From: Actinomycetes bacterium
GTDB lineage: Bacteria > Actinomycetota > Actinomycetes > Prado026
Direction of reading: 5' to 3'
DNA: 64,000 nt
Assembly: GCA_036510875.1 (NCBI GenBank)
Contig: DATCDE010000007.1
Location: forward strand, 3,055 to 67,054
Below are positions 18,318 through 26,793 of this stretch, piece after piece; within the stretch, counting starts at the first letter, position 1; each line of letters begins with the position of its first letter. The translations under genes were made by a program, and so were the position numbers. The notes beneath the pieces are model-generated. The model worked only from the letters and a program-made list of their open reading frames with translations, did no database searches and was not told the DNA's origin.

Positions 18318-19550
18318 TCACGACGCTCGGTAGCCGGTCAGCTCCTGGGCCAGCTGCTCGAGGAACAGCCCGATGTCGGTGACGACGCCGGTGGCCTGTG
18401 CGCTGCCGCGGTCGGACAGTTTGGTGACCGTCGCCGGGTTGATGTCGACGCAGACCAGCGGGACGGACGCCGGCAGGATGTTGCCCGTGGCGATCGCGTG
18501 CAGCATGGTCGCCACCATGATCGCGTAGCCGACGCCGGGCAGCTGGGCGCGCATCGCGCGCTGGCCCTCGATCACGTCGGTGTGGACGTCCGGCAGCGGG
18601 CCGTCGTCCCGTACCGACCCGACCAGCACGAACGGCCTGCCGGCCGTCACCAGGTCGTGCATGACGCCGCAGGTGAGCACGCCCTGCTCGACGGCCGCCG
18701 CGATCGAGCCGGACTTGCGGATCCGGTTGATCGCCCGGATGTGGTGCTCGTGCCCGTGCTTGACACCGGAGCCCTTGGACAGGTCCACCCCGAGCGAGGT
18801 GCCGTACAGCGACGACTCGATGTCGTGGGTGGCCAGCGCGTTGCCGGCGAACAGCACGTCCACGTAGCCGGCCGTGATCAGGGCGGACATGGCTGGCGCC
18901 GCGCCGGTGTGCACCACGGCCGGACCGCCGACCCACAGGATCCGCTGCCCGGCGGCCTTGACGTCACGCATCTGCTGGGCGATCTGGCGGACCTGCAGGA
19001 CCTGCGGCTTCTCGCTGGACACCACCGAGTTCATGAACTCGAAGACGCTCTCGTCGGCCGTCGGCTTGGGGTTCATGACGACCTTCACCCCGTGCGAGCC
19101 GCACACGACGCGGTCGCCGCGCCGCACGTCGCTCACCGGCACCGTGCGCACCGACGCCTCGTCCACCGTCACGACCAGGCCGCAGTCCATCTCCGGCTGC
19201 GGCACGGTCAGCCAGCGACCGCCCAGCCGGATCTGGGTGACCAGGTTGGTCGTGGAGTAGAAGTCGTCGGGGAACACCCCGTCGGTCTCGGCCTCGCGCA
19301 GCAGCGCCTCGCCGACGTCGACCAGGTTGGCGCCGTAGCTCTGCAGCCGCGACAGCAGCTGCTGCAGCAGGTCGTCGGTCGCTGCGACCACCCGGATCCG
19401 CGCGTACGACGAGTCGTCCGGGTGCTTGCCGAGGTCGAACCGCTCGATCGTGTAGTCGGTGCCCAGCTCGAGGACGTCGTCCAGCAGCCGGGTGAGCGTC
19501 CCCGCGTCGATGATGTGGCCCTGGACCTCGATGACCTCGCTGACCGTCAC
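18318..19550 (-). CDS. TIGR00300 / LOR-SDH conserved-domain protein (ornithine cyclodeaminase-like).
   Basis: 410 aa with LWVGGPAVVHTGAAPAMSALITAGYVDVLFAGNALATHDIE... and a C-terminal Rossmann-like portion. The family assignment is from memory of the TIGR00300 pattern. Confidence 0.5.
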   Translation of the reverse strand: MTVSEVIEVQGHIIDAGTLTRLLDDVLELGTDYTIERFDLGKHPDDSSYARIRVVAATDDLLQQLLSRLQSYGANLVDVGEALLREAETDGVFPDDFYSTTNLVTQIRLGGRWLTVPQPEMDCGLVVTVDEASVRTVPVSDVRRGDRVVCGSHGVKVVMNPKPTADESVFEFMNSVVSSEKPQVLQVRQIAQQMRDVKAAGQRILWVGGPAVVHTGAAPAMSALITAGYVDVLFAGNALATHDIESSLYGTSLGVDLSKGSGVKHGHEHHIRAINRIRKSGSIAAAVEQGVLTCGVMHDLVTAGRPFVLVGSVRDDGPLPDVHTDVIEGQRAMRAQLPGVGYAIMVATMLHAIATGNILPASVPLVCVDINPATVTKLSDRGSAQATGVVTDIGLFLEQLAQELTGYRAS

Positions 19551-19580
19551 GACCGTTCAGCCTGCCAGACCGGGCGCGGC

Positions 19581-20252
19581 TCAGACCACCGCACCGTCGT
19601 CCGGGTCGTCGGTGTCGCGGTCCTTGAGCCGGGAGACGAGGTAGCCGAAGCCGGCCAGGAACGCGACGGCGGCGACCAGCAGCACCCAGCCGTCGAGCTG
19701 CCAGCCCAGCAGCGTCGCCAGCACGAACGCGGCCGGACCGCCGAGCGCCCCGGCCCAGGCGAACCGAGTGGCCGGCGTGGTCTCCGGCAGCGGCGGGGGC
19801 GGCGGCGGGACGTACCGCTCCTCCTCGGCGCGGACCCCGGCCGGCTCGGCGGTCGGGACCTCCGGCCAGCCGTCGTCGCCGGACGACGGCGGCTCACGGT
19901 GCGCCGCCCCGGCGTCCCAGAGGTCCTCACTCACCGGCCAGGACGGCACCGGGTCGATGGCCGGGGCGTCGTAGTCGGCCACGATGCTGGCGAACAGCGC
20001 CTCGATGTCGGGCTCCCGGGGGGAGGAGAGCGGCGACGGGCGGTCCGCGCCGACGAGCGCACGGGCCCGCCCCTCGGCGCCGGCGTCCACGTGCAGCCGG
20101 TCCAGCGGCGTCCCGGGAGCGGTACGGGGGAGCGGCGTCACGTAGGCGGCGATGCCGGCGTCCCGCAGCGCCGCCAGTGCGGCGTCGGCGGCGTCCGCGT
20201 CGAGGTCGGTGATCGCGACGTACGACGCCGCGGTCAGCCCGTTGCCACGCAC
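19581..20252 (-). CDS. Hypothetical proline-rich protein with a C-terminal TM segment.
   Basis: 223 aa with PPPPPPLPETTP and a hydrophobic WAGALGGPAAFVLATLLGW...LLVAAVAFLAGFGYLV. Confidence 0.35.
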   Translation of the reverse strand: MRGNGLTAASYVAITDLDADAADAALAALRDAGIAAYVTPLPRTAPGTPLDRLHVDAGAEGRARALVGADRPSPLSSPREPDIEALFASIVADYDAPAIDPVPSWPVSEDLWDAGAAHREPPSSGDDGWPEVPTAEPAGVRAEEERYVPPPPPPLPETTPATRFAWAGALGGPAAFVLATLLGWQLDGWVLLVAAVAFLAGFGYLVSRLKDRDTDDPDDGAVV

Positions 20253-20268
20253 CGCGGCCTCCTCCCGG

Positions 20269-21087
20269 TCAGCCCGCCGGAGCGGGCGCGTGCTTGCGGA
20301 TGAACTCGACGCTACCCGCGAAGATGTCGGGGGCGTCGTAGTCCAAGGTCGCCACGTGGTAGCTGCGCAGCAGCTCGCGGTCCTCGACGTCCGACGACCC
20401 GATGTGGCCGAGGATGTACGCGGTGTTGGACGGCTCCACCACGTGGTCCTGGCGGCTGTGGAACAGCAGCAGCGGCGCGCTGATGCGGCCCAGGTCGGCC
20501 TTGACCGTTCGCCAGGCGTCGGACATCGAGGCGAGTGCCTTCAGCGGGACCTTGTCGTAGCAGCCCTCGTCCTGACCGGGCCTGGCGATGTCGTTGCCGA
20601 TGCCGTTGAGCGTCTTCACGACGTGCTTGAGCACCGGCAGCGCGACGAACGCCTTGTTCTCGCTGTGCACCGCCGGGTTGACCAGGACGAGGCCGGCCAC
20701 GGCGTCGCCCCTGGTCTCGGCCAGCCGCAGCGCCAGGCTGCCGCCCATCGACAGGCCCGCGACGAACACGGTCGAGCACCGACCGGCGAGGTCGTCGAAC
20801 GCGCGGCTGACCTCGGCGTACCAGTCGTCCCACCGGGTCAGGCTCATCTCCTGCCAGGTGGTGCCGTGGCCGGGCAGCCGCGGCAGCCGGACGGTGAACC
20901 CCTCGGCGGCCAGGTGCTCGGCCCACGGCCGCATCGACTTCGGCGAGCCGGTGAAGCCGTGCAGGACGAGGACGCCGACCTCGCCACCGTCGTGGCTGTA
21001 CGGCTCGGCGCCGGGGATGAGTGGCACGGTGCCTCCAGGAACGCTAAAGCGGCTAGGGTCGTCCCGTACGTGTGACCTGCGTCGCAT
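20269..21087 (-). CDS. Alpha/beta hydrolase (esterase/lysophospholipase-like).
   Basis: VLVLHGFTGSP, GLSMGGSLAL (GxSxG nucleophile elbow) and a C-terminal His region. ATG at 21087. Confidence 0.75.
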   Translation of the reverse strand: MRRRSHVRDDPSRFSVPGGTVPLIPGAEPYSHDGGEVGVLVLHGFTGSPKSMRPWAEHLAAEGFTVRLPRLPGHGTTWQEMSLTRWDDWYAEVSRAFDDLAGRCSTVFVAGLSMGGSLALRLAETRGDAVAGLVLVNPAVHSENKAFVALPVLKHVVKTLNGIGNDIARPGQDEGCYDKVPLKALASMSDAWRTVKADLGRISAPLLLFHSRQDHVVEPSNTAYILGHIGSSDVEDRELLRSYHVATLDYDAPDIFAGSVEFIRKHAPAPAG

Positions 21088-21111
21088 CGTCGCACGTCGA
21101 CCGGTGAGGAG

Positions 21112-21858
21112 GTGACCGTGTTCTACTGGCTGCTCAAGCGGGTGATCCTCGGTCCCATCCTGCGGCTGTTCTTCCGGCCTTGGGTCGAGGGCCTGGAGAA
21201 CGTGCCGGCAGAGGGTGGCGCGATCCTCGCCAGCAACCACCTGTCGTTCTCCGACTCGATCTTCCTGCCGCTCGTCGTGCCCCGCCGGATCACCTTCCTG
21301 GCGAAGGCCGACTACTTCACCGGCAAGGGTCCCAAGGGCCGGGCCAAGGCCGTCTTCTTCAAGGGCGTCGGCCAGGTGCCGGTGGACCGCTCCGGCGGCA
21401 AGGCCAGCGAGGCGGCCATGCGCACCGGGCTGGCGCTGCTGGCCAAGGGCGAGCTGCTCGGCATCTACCCCGAGGGCACCCGCTCGGCCGACGGCCGGCT
21501 GTACCGCGGCAAGACCGGCGTCGCGCGGATGGCGCTCGAGGTGCACGTCCCGGTGCTGCCCGTGGCCATGATCGACACCGAGAAGATCCAGCCGCCCGGC
21601 AAGGTGTTCCCCAAGATCATGCGGGTCGGCATCCGGATCGGTGCGCCGCTGGACTTCTCCCGCTACGAGGGCATGGAGTCCGACCGGTTCGTGCTGCGGT
21701 CGATCACCGACGAGATCATGTACGAGCTCATGACGCTGTCCGGCCAGGAGTACGTCGACATGTACGCGACGAAGGCCAAGGCCGAGATTGCCGCGGGCCG
21801 GGTCCCGGGCCATCACCCGGTCGAGCCTGCCCAAGAGCCGGTCCAGCCGGCCGCCTGA
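21112..21858 (+). CDS. plsC: 1-acyl-sn-glycerol-3-phosphate acyltransferase (PlsC family).
   Basis: NHLSFSDSIFL (HxxxxD) and IYPEGTRS motifs. Confidence 0.85.
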   Translation: MTVFYWLLKRVILGPILRLFFRPWVEGLENVPAEGGAILASNHLSFSDSIFLPLVVPRRITFLAKADYFTGKGPKGRAKAVFFKGVGQVPVDRSGGKASEAAMRTGLALLAKGELLGIYPEGTRSADGRLYRGKTGVARMALEVHVPVLPVAMIDTEKIQPPGKVFPKIMRVGIRIGAPLDFSRYEGMESDRFVLRSITDEIMYELMTLSGQEYVDMYATKAKAEIAAGRVPGHHPVEPAQEPVQPAA

Positions 21859-21872
21859 TCACTCCTCGGGCG

Positions 21873-23366
21873 TCACCCCTCGGACGCCGCCCAGCCCTTC
21901 GCCCGCTCCACGGCCGCCCGCCACCGCCGGTGCGCCGCGTCGTCCCCGACCCCCGGCTCGAAGCGGCGGTCCTCCCGCCAGGTGGCGGCCAGCTCGTCCG
22001 TGGACGACCACACCCCGGTACCCAGCCCGGCGAGGAACGCGGCCCCCAGCCCGGTCGTCTCGAGCACCTCAGGACGGACGACGGGCACGCCGAGCTGGTC
22101 GGCCTGCAGCTGGCACAGCAGGTCGTTCGCCGCGGCGCCGCCGTCCACCGCCAGCACCGGCAGGTGCACTCGCGCCTCGTCGGTCATCAGGTCGACCACG
22201 TCACGGACCTCGAACGTGATGGCCTCCAGGGTGGCCCGCACGAGGTGCGCTCGGGTGGTTCCGCGGGTGATCCCGATGATCAGGCCGCGGGCCGTGGGGT
22301 CCCAGTCCGGCGCGCCCAGACCGGTCAGCGCCGGGACGAACACCACGCCACCGGAGTCGGGGACGGTGCGCGCGAGCGGCTCGGTCTCCGCCGCGCTGCC
22401 GACCAGCTGCAGGCCGTCCCGCAGCCACTGCACCGCGGCGCCGGTGACGAAGATCGACCCCTCGAGGGCGTACTCGAGCCGACCGTCCGGGTGGCCCCAC
22501 GCGACCGTCGTGAGCAGCCCCCGCTGCGAGAGCACCCGCTCGCTGCCGGTGCTGACCAGGATGAACGAGCCGGTGCCGTAGGTGCACTTGCTAGCACCGG
22601 GTGCGTAGCAGGTCTGCCCGAACATCGCGGCCTGCTGATCACCGGCGATGCCGGCGATCGGCAGGTCCAGGCCCAGGAAGGCCGCGGGGTCGGTGCGGCC
22701 GACGACTCCGTACGACGGCACGACCTCGGGCAGTGCCGAGACCGGGACGCCGAACAGCTTGCACAGCTCCGCCGACCAGGCGCCGGTGGTCAGGTCGAAC
22801 AGCAGGGTGCGCGAGGCGTTGGACGCGTCGGTGACGTGGTGCAGGCCGCGGGTCATCCGGGCCGCCAGGTAGGAGTCCAGCGTGCCGACCGCCGTCCGGC
22901 CGGACACGACCCCCGCCCAGGTGTGTGGCTCGTGGCGGGCCAGCCAGGTCAGCTTGGTGGCCGAGAAGTACGGGTCCAGCCGCAGGCCGGTGAGCTCGGC
23001 CACCCGCGGCTCGTGGCCGGCGGCGCGCAGCTCCTCGCAGATGCTCGCGGTGCGACGGTCCTGCCACACGATCGCGCGCCGGGCCGCGCCGAGGGTCTCG
23101 CGATCCCACAGCACCACGGTCTCGCGCTGGTTGGTGATGCCCACGGCGGTCGGGGGCGCCACCCCCGACGCGGCGCCGGCCGCGAGGGCCGAGCGCACCG
23201 CCTCGAGGGCCGCCGACCAGATCTCCTCGGGCGCGTGCTCCACCCAGCCGTCGGCCGGGAAGTGCTGGGCGAACTCCTGGTAGCCGCGCGCGGCGACCCG
23301 GCCGTCGTGGGTCACCAGCAGTGCGGTGACCCCGGTCGTCCCGGCGTCGACCGCCAGCACGGTCAC
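21873..23366 (-). CDS. glpK: Glycerol kinase.
   Basis: VTVLAVDAGTTGV..., GITNQRETVVLWDRETLG, FGQTCYAPGASKCTYGTGSF, GGAAAN. GTG at 23366. The upstream part of the ORF belongs to the next gene's region. Confidence 0.9.
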   Translation of the reverse strand: MTVLAVDAGTTGVTALLVTHDGRVAARGYQEFAQHFPADGWVEHAPEEIWSAALEAVRSALAAGAASGVAPPTAVGITNQRETVVLWDRETLGAARRAIVWQDRRTASICEELRAAGHEPRVAELTGLRLDPYFSATKLTWLARHEPHTWAGVVSGRTAVGTLDSYLAARMTRGLHHVTDASNASRTLLFDLTTGAWSAELCKLFGVPVSALPEVVPSYGVVGRTDPAAFLGLDLPIAGIAGDQQAAMFGQTCYAPGASKCTYGTGSFILVSTGSERVLSQRGLLTTVAWGHPDGRLEYALEGSIFVTGAAVQWLRDGLQLVGSAAETEPLARTVPDSGGVVFVPALTGLGAPDWDPTARGLIIGITRGTTRAHLVRATLEAITFEVRDVVDLMTDEARVHLPVLAVDGGAAANDLLCQLQADQLGVPVVRPEVLETTGLGAAFLAGLGTGVWSSTDELAATWREDRRFEPGVGDDAAHRRWRAAVERAKGWAASEG

Positions 23367-24193
23367 GGCTGGGCCCGCAGCTGCTCCAGCACGAGCGGGT
23401 CGATCCGGCCGGGCACCAGCCGCTCCTCGAGGTTCTCCACGCCGGCCCAGGCGGCGAGCGCGGCGTCCAGCTCCGGCCGCCCGTAGCCGACCGCCACCAG
23501 CCGGGTGCGGACCTCGTCGGCCAGCGCGCCGTCCAGGGGCAGGCAGTCGGCCGGGTCCGGGCGATCGAAGTACAGCCGGTGCAGGTCGAGCAGCCGGGCC
23601 AGCTCCGTCACCGGGTCCGGGTGGTCGTCGACCCGCAGGTCGACCAGCACGTCGCTGCCCCCGCCATACCCGCCGCCGGGCGAGACGACCAGCAGGGCGG
23701 CGCTCTGCCGGCCGCGTCGGTCGCCGCCGGCCCGGTCCCCGGCGGTCAGCGCGGCGAGCAGCCGGTTGGCCAGCGGCTCTCCGCCGCCGGTCGCGAGGAA
23801 CGCCTGCTCCATGTTGGCCACGACCTCCGGGCCGGTGAGGATGTTGCCCTGGATCGCGTAGCCGTCCCCCGTGGCCCCGCCAGCCCAGGGGAAGCACAAG
23901 GCCCCGGTGAACGTCGAACCGTCGCCCGACCCGCCGACGACGCCGGCCTGCCGCCGCTCGCGCAGCCGGTCCCCGACGGTCAGCGCGGCCAGGGTGTCCG
24001 CCGCGCTCGCGCCGTCGGCCAGCAGCTGCAGGCCGACCGGTCGGTAGGTCAGGTTCACGATCGACTGGGTGGCGATGGCGCCGACGCCGACGCTCGCCGC
24101 CGGCACGGCCGCCCCGACGGCGAGGAACTTCGAGGCGACGGCGACGCCGAACTGGGCACCGTCGCCGCTGCGCGCCACGATCGAGAACGTCAT
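23363..24193 (-). CDS. DUF1028-family protein (Ntn-hydrolase-like) with a C-terminal peptidoglycan-binding-like tail.
   Basis: MTFSIVARSGDGAQFGVAVASKFLAVGA... is the characteristic DUF1028 N-terminus. 4-nt overlap with glpK. Confidence 0.55.
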   Translation of the reverse strand: MTFSIVARSGDGAQFGVAVASKFLAVGAAVPAASVGVGAIATQSIVNLTYRPVGLQLLADGASAADTLAALTVGDRLRERRQAGVVGGSGDGSTFTGALCFPWAGGATGDGYAIQGNILTGPEVVANMEQAFLATGGGEPLANRLLAALTAGDRAGGDRRGRQSAALLVVSPGGGYGGGSDVLVDLRVDDHPDPVTELARLLDLHRLYFDRPDPADCLPLDGALADEVRTRLVAVGYGRPELDAALAAWAGVENLEERLVPGRIDPLVLEQLRAQP

Positions 24194-24210
24194 GCCCGGA
24201 GCCTAGAACC

Positions 24211-24275
24211 CCCTCCCGCATGAAGGGCACTTTCAGTGCGCACTGCCGCACAAAGCCACCCTTCATGCGGAGGGG
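24211..24275. promoter_or_regulatory. Long imperfect inverted repeat (about 17-bp arms, one mismatch) enclosing a perfect 12-bp palindrome CAGTGCGCACTG. It lies in the divergent promoter region upstream of pfkA.
   Basis: Left arm CCCTCCCGCATGAAGGG (24211-24227), inner palindrome (24234-24245), right arm CCCTTCATGCGGAGGGG (24259-24275). Seen directly in sequence. Confidence 0.5.
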
Positions 24276-24330
24276 GTGCGGTGGTTGGATGGGAGCGCCA
24301 ACAAATCGGTGCGGTGCGAAGGAGCGAGCC

Positions 24331-25356
24331 ATGCGGATCGGGGTACTCACCGGCGGCGGGGACTGTCCAGGGCTCAACGCGGTCATCCGCAGCGTGGTCC
24401 GCAAGGGCACCGAGGAGTACGGCCACGAGTTCGTGGGCTACCGGGACGGCTGGAAGGGCCCGCTCGAGGGGCTGACGATGTCGCTGGACATCGCGGCCGT
24501 GCGCGGGATCCTGCCCAGGGGCGGCACCATCCTCGGCTCGTCGCGGACCAACCCGATCAAGATCGAGGGGGGCGTCGACCGGATCGAGCAGAACCTGGCC
24601 GCCCAGGGCGTGGACGCGCTGATCGCCATCGGCGGCGAGGACACCCTCGGCGTGGCCACCCAGCTGGACGCCCTGGGCGTGCACGTCGTCGGTGTCCCCA
24701 AGACCATCGACAACGACCTCAACGCGACCGACTACACGTTCGGCTTCGACACCGCCGTGGGCATCGCCACCGAGGCCATCGACCGGCTGCACACCACGGC
24801 CGAGTCGCACCACCGGGCGCTCGTCGTCGAGGTGATGGGTCGCCACGCGGGGTGGATCGCGCTGCACTCCGGCGTCGCGGGCGGCGCGAACATCATCCTC
24901 ATCCCGGAGGAGCCGTTCGACATCGACGAGGTCTGCGGCTGGGTCGAGCACCGGTTCCAGACCAACTACGCGCCGATCATCTGCGTGGCCGAGGGCGCGC
25001 TGCCCAGCGACGGCGACCTGATCGCCAAGGACGCCCCGCTCGACGCGTTCGGGCACGTGCGGCTGTCGGGGATCGGTGAGTGGCTGGCCACGGAGATCGA
25101 GAAGCGCACCGGCAAGGAGGCCCGCACCACGGTGCTCGGCCACGTGCAGCGCGGCGGCACGCCCACCGCGCGCGACCGCTGGCTCGCGACCCGCTTCGGG
25201 CTGGCGGCGATCGACGCCGCGCACGAGGGCGACTGGGGGAAGATGGTCGCCCTGCAGGCCACCGACATCGTCCGGGTACCGCTGGCCGCGGCCACGGCCG
25301 AGCTGAAGACCGTGCCGCGGGTGCTGTACGACGAGTTCAAGGTGTTCTTCGGCTGA
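24331..25356 (+). CDS. pfkA: ATP-dependent 6-phosphofructokinase.
   Basis: MRIGVLTGGGDCPGLNAVIR, GGEDTLGVA, PKTIDNDL, MGRHAGW. RBS GAAGGAG lies 7 nt upstream of the ATG. Confidence 0.9.
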   Translation: MRIGVLTGGGDCPGLNAVIRSVVRKGTEEYGHEFVGYRDGWKGPLEGLTMSLDIAAVRGILPRGGTILGSSRTNPIKIEGGVDRIEQNLAAQGVDALIAIGGEDTLGVATQLDALGVHVVGVPKTIDNDLNATDYTFGFDTAVGIATEAIDRLHTTAESHHRALVVEVMGRHAGWIALHSGVAGGANIILIPEEPFDIDEVCGWVEHRFQTNYAPIICVAEGALPSDGDLIAKDAPLDAFGHVRLSGIGEWLATEIEKRTGKEARTTVLGHVQRGGTPTARDRWLATRFGLAAIDAAHEGDWGKMVALQATDIVRVPLAAATAELKTVPRVLYDEFKVFFG

Positions 25357-25359
25357 GCC

Positions 25360-25398
25360 GCGGGACCAGCCGGGACAGGGGACCAGGCCCCGCGGGTC
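25360..25398 (+). terminator. GC-rich stem-loop after pfkA.
   Basis: CCGCGGG...CCCGCGG 7-bp stem with a long loop, immediately after the stop. Weak call. Confidence 0.25.
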
Positions 25399-25411
25399 GT
25401 ACCCTCGTGGG

Positions 25412-26734
25412 GTGCCCGACCTGACCTGGCCCGACCTGCCGGCCGACCAGCAGCCCGAGTGGCCCGACCCGGCCGAGCGGGACGAGGCCGTCGCGACACT
25501 GCGCGGCCTGCCGCCGCTCGTCTTCGCGGGGGAGTGCGACCAGCTGCGCGAGCGGCTGGCGCTCGCGGCGCGGGGGAAGGCGTTCGTGCTGCAGGGCGGC
25601 GACTGCGCCGAGACGTTCGACGGCGTCGGCGCGGACGCGATCCGGGCCAAGCTGCGCACCGTGCTGCAGATGGCGATCGTGCTGACCTACGGCGCCGCGC
25701 TCCCGGTGGTCAAGGTCGGCCGGATCGCTGGCCAGTACGGCAAGCCCCGTTCCAGCCGGCTGGAGGCCAGGGACGGGCTGGCCCTGCCGGTGTACCGCGG
25801 CGACATGGTCAACGGGCTCGGCTTCACCCCGGAGCTGCGCCGGCCCGACCCGGCCCGGATGGTGGCCGCCTACCACCACTCGGCCGCGACGCTGAACCTG
25901 GTGCGCGCGTTCACGCAGGGCGGCTATGCGGCCCTGCAGCAGGTGCACGCGTGGAACCAGGACTTCGTCAGGGACAGCCCGGCCGGGCAGCGCTACGAGC
26001 GGCTGGCCGGCGAGATCGACCGGGCCATGGCGTTCATGCACGCGTGCGGCGCCGACCCCGAGGAGTTCCAGCGGGTCGACCTGTACGCCGGGCACGAGGC
26101 GCTCGTACTCGACTACGAGAAGGCCCTCACCCGCATCGACTCGCGGACCGGCCTGCCCTACGACGTGGCCGGGCATTTCGTCTGGATCGGGGACCGCACC
26201 CGCTCGCTCGACGGCGCGCACGTCGACTTCGCGGCCCGCATCCGCAACCCGATCGGGCTGAAGATCGGGCCGTCCGCCTCCCCGGAGGAGGTGCTCGCGC
26301 TCGTCAGCCGGCTCGACCCGGACCGCGAGCCGGGCCGGCTCACGCTGATCGCCCGCATGGGCGCCGGGCGGGTGCGCGAGCTGCTGCCGCCGATCGTGGA
26401 GAAGGTCAACGCGTCCGGCGCCGAGGTCGTGTGGATCTGCGACCCGATGCACGGCAACACCCGCGAGACGGCGTCCGGGGTGAAGACGCGGCTGTTCGAG
26501 GACGTCGTGGAGGAGGTCCGCGGCTTCTTCGAGGTGCACCGATCGCTGGGCACCGTCCCCGGCGGCATCCACGTGGAGCTCACGGGCGACGACGTCACGG
26601 AGTGCCTCGGCGGTGCGCTGGGGACCGAGGAGCACCACCTCGAGCCGCGCTACGAGACCGCGTGCGACCCGCGACTGAACCGGGAGCAGTCGATCGAGCT
26701 GGCGTTCCTCGTCGCGGAGATGCTCGCGCACTGA
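25412..26734 (+). CDS. aroG: 3-deoxy-7-phosphoheptulonate (DAHP) synthase, class II.
   Basis: About 440 aa with QGGDCAE, KPRSS, RIAGQYGKPRS, HxWIGDRTR and IWICDPMHGNT, the plant/actinobacterial-type DAHPS. Confidence 0.9.
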   Translation: MPDLTWPDLPADQQPEWPDPAERDEAVATLRGLPPLVFAGECDQLRERLALAARGKAFVLQGGDCAETFDGVGADAIRAKLRTVLQMAIVLTYGAALPVVKVGRIAGQYGKPRSSRLEARDGLALPVYRGDMVNGLGFTPELRRPDPARMVAAYHHSAATLNLVRAFTQGGYAALQQVHAWNQDFVRDSPAGQRYERLAGEIDRAMAFMHACGADPEEFQRVDLYAGHEALVLDYEKALTRIDSRTGLPYDVAGHFVWIGDRTRSLDGAHVDFAARIRNPIGLKIGPSASPEEVLALVSRLDPDREPGRLTLIARMGAGRVRELLPPIVEKVNASGAEVVWICDPMHGNTRETASGVKTRLFEDVVEEVRGFFEVHRSLGTVPGGIHVELTGDDVTECLGGALGTEEHHLEPRYETACDPRLNREQSIELAFLVAEMLAH

Positions 26735-26793
26735 GCGTCCGGTGGTCCGATTCCCGCTAGTCCAGCCCGCTCGCGGGCCGCACACTGGGACGC

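Noticed and set aside
18060-20303. A 747-aa plus-strand ORF, with other long antisense ORFs elsewhere (10675..12369, 14998..16212, 21180..23486, 24190..25659, 26650..28209, 41517..43196, 43207..44751, 48190..49497, 49991..51769, 53298..54836, 54428..55819).
   Set aside because: Each overlaps a well-supported gene on the opposite strand and translates to low-complexity R/G/A/P-rich sequence. These are stop-codon-poor shadow frames of 70%-GC DNA.
24220-24330. The N-terminal extension of the pfkA ORF (MKGTFSAHCRTKPPFMRRGCGGWMGAPTNRCGAKERA).
   Set aside because: It is not PfkA-like and covers the palindromic regulatory element. The ATG at 24331 has a GAAGGAG RBS and starts the conserved MRIGVLTGGGDCPGLN.
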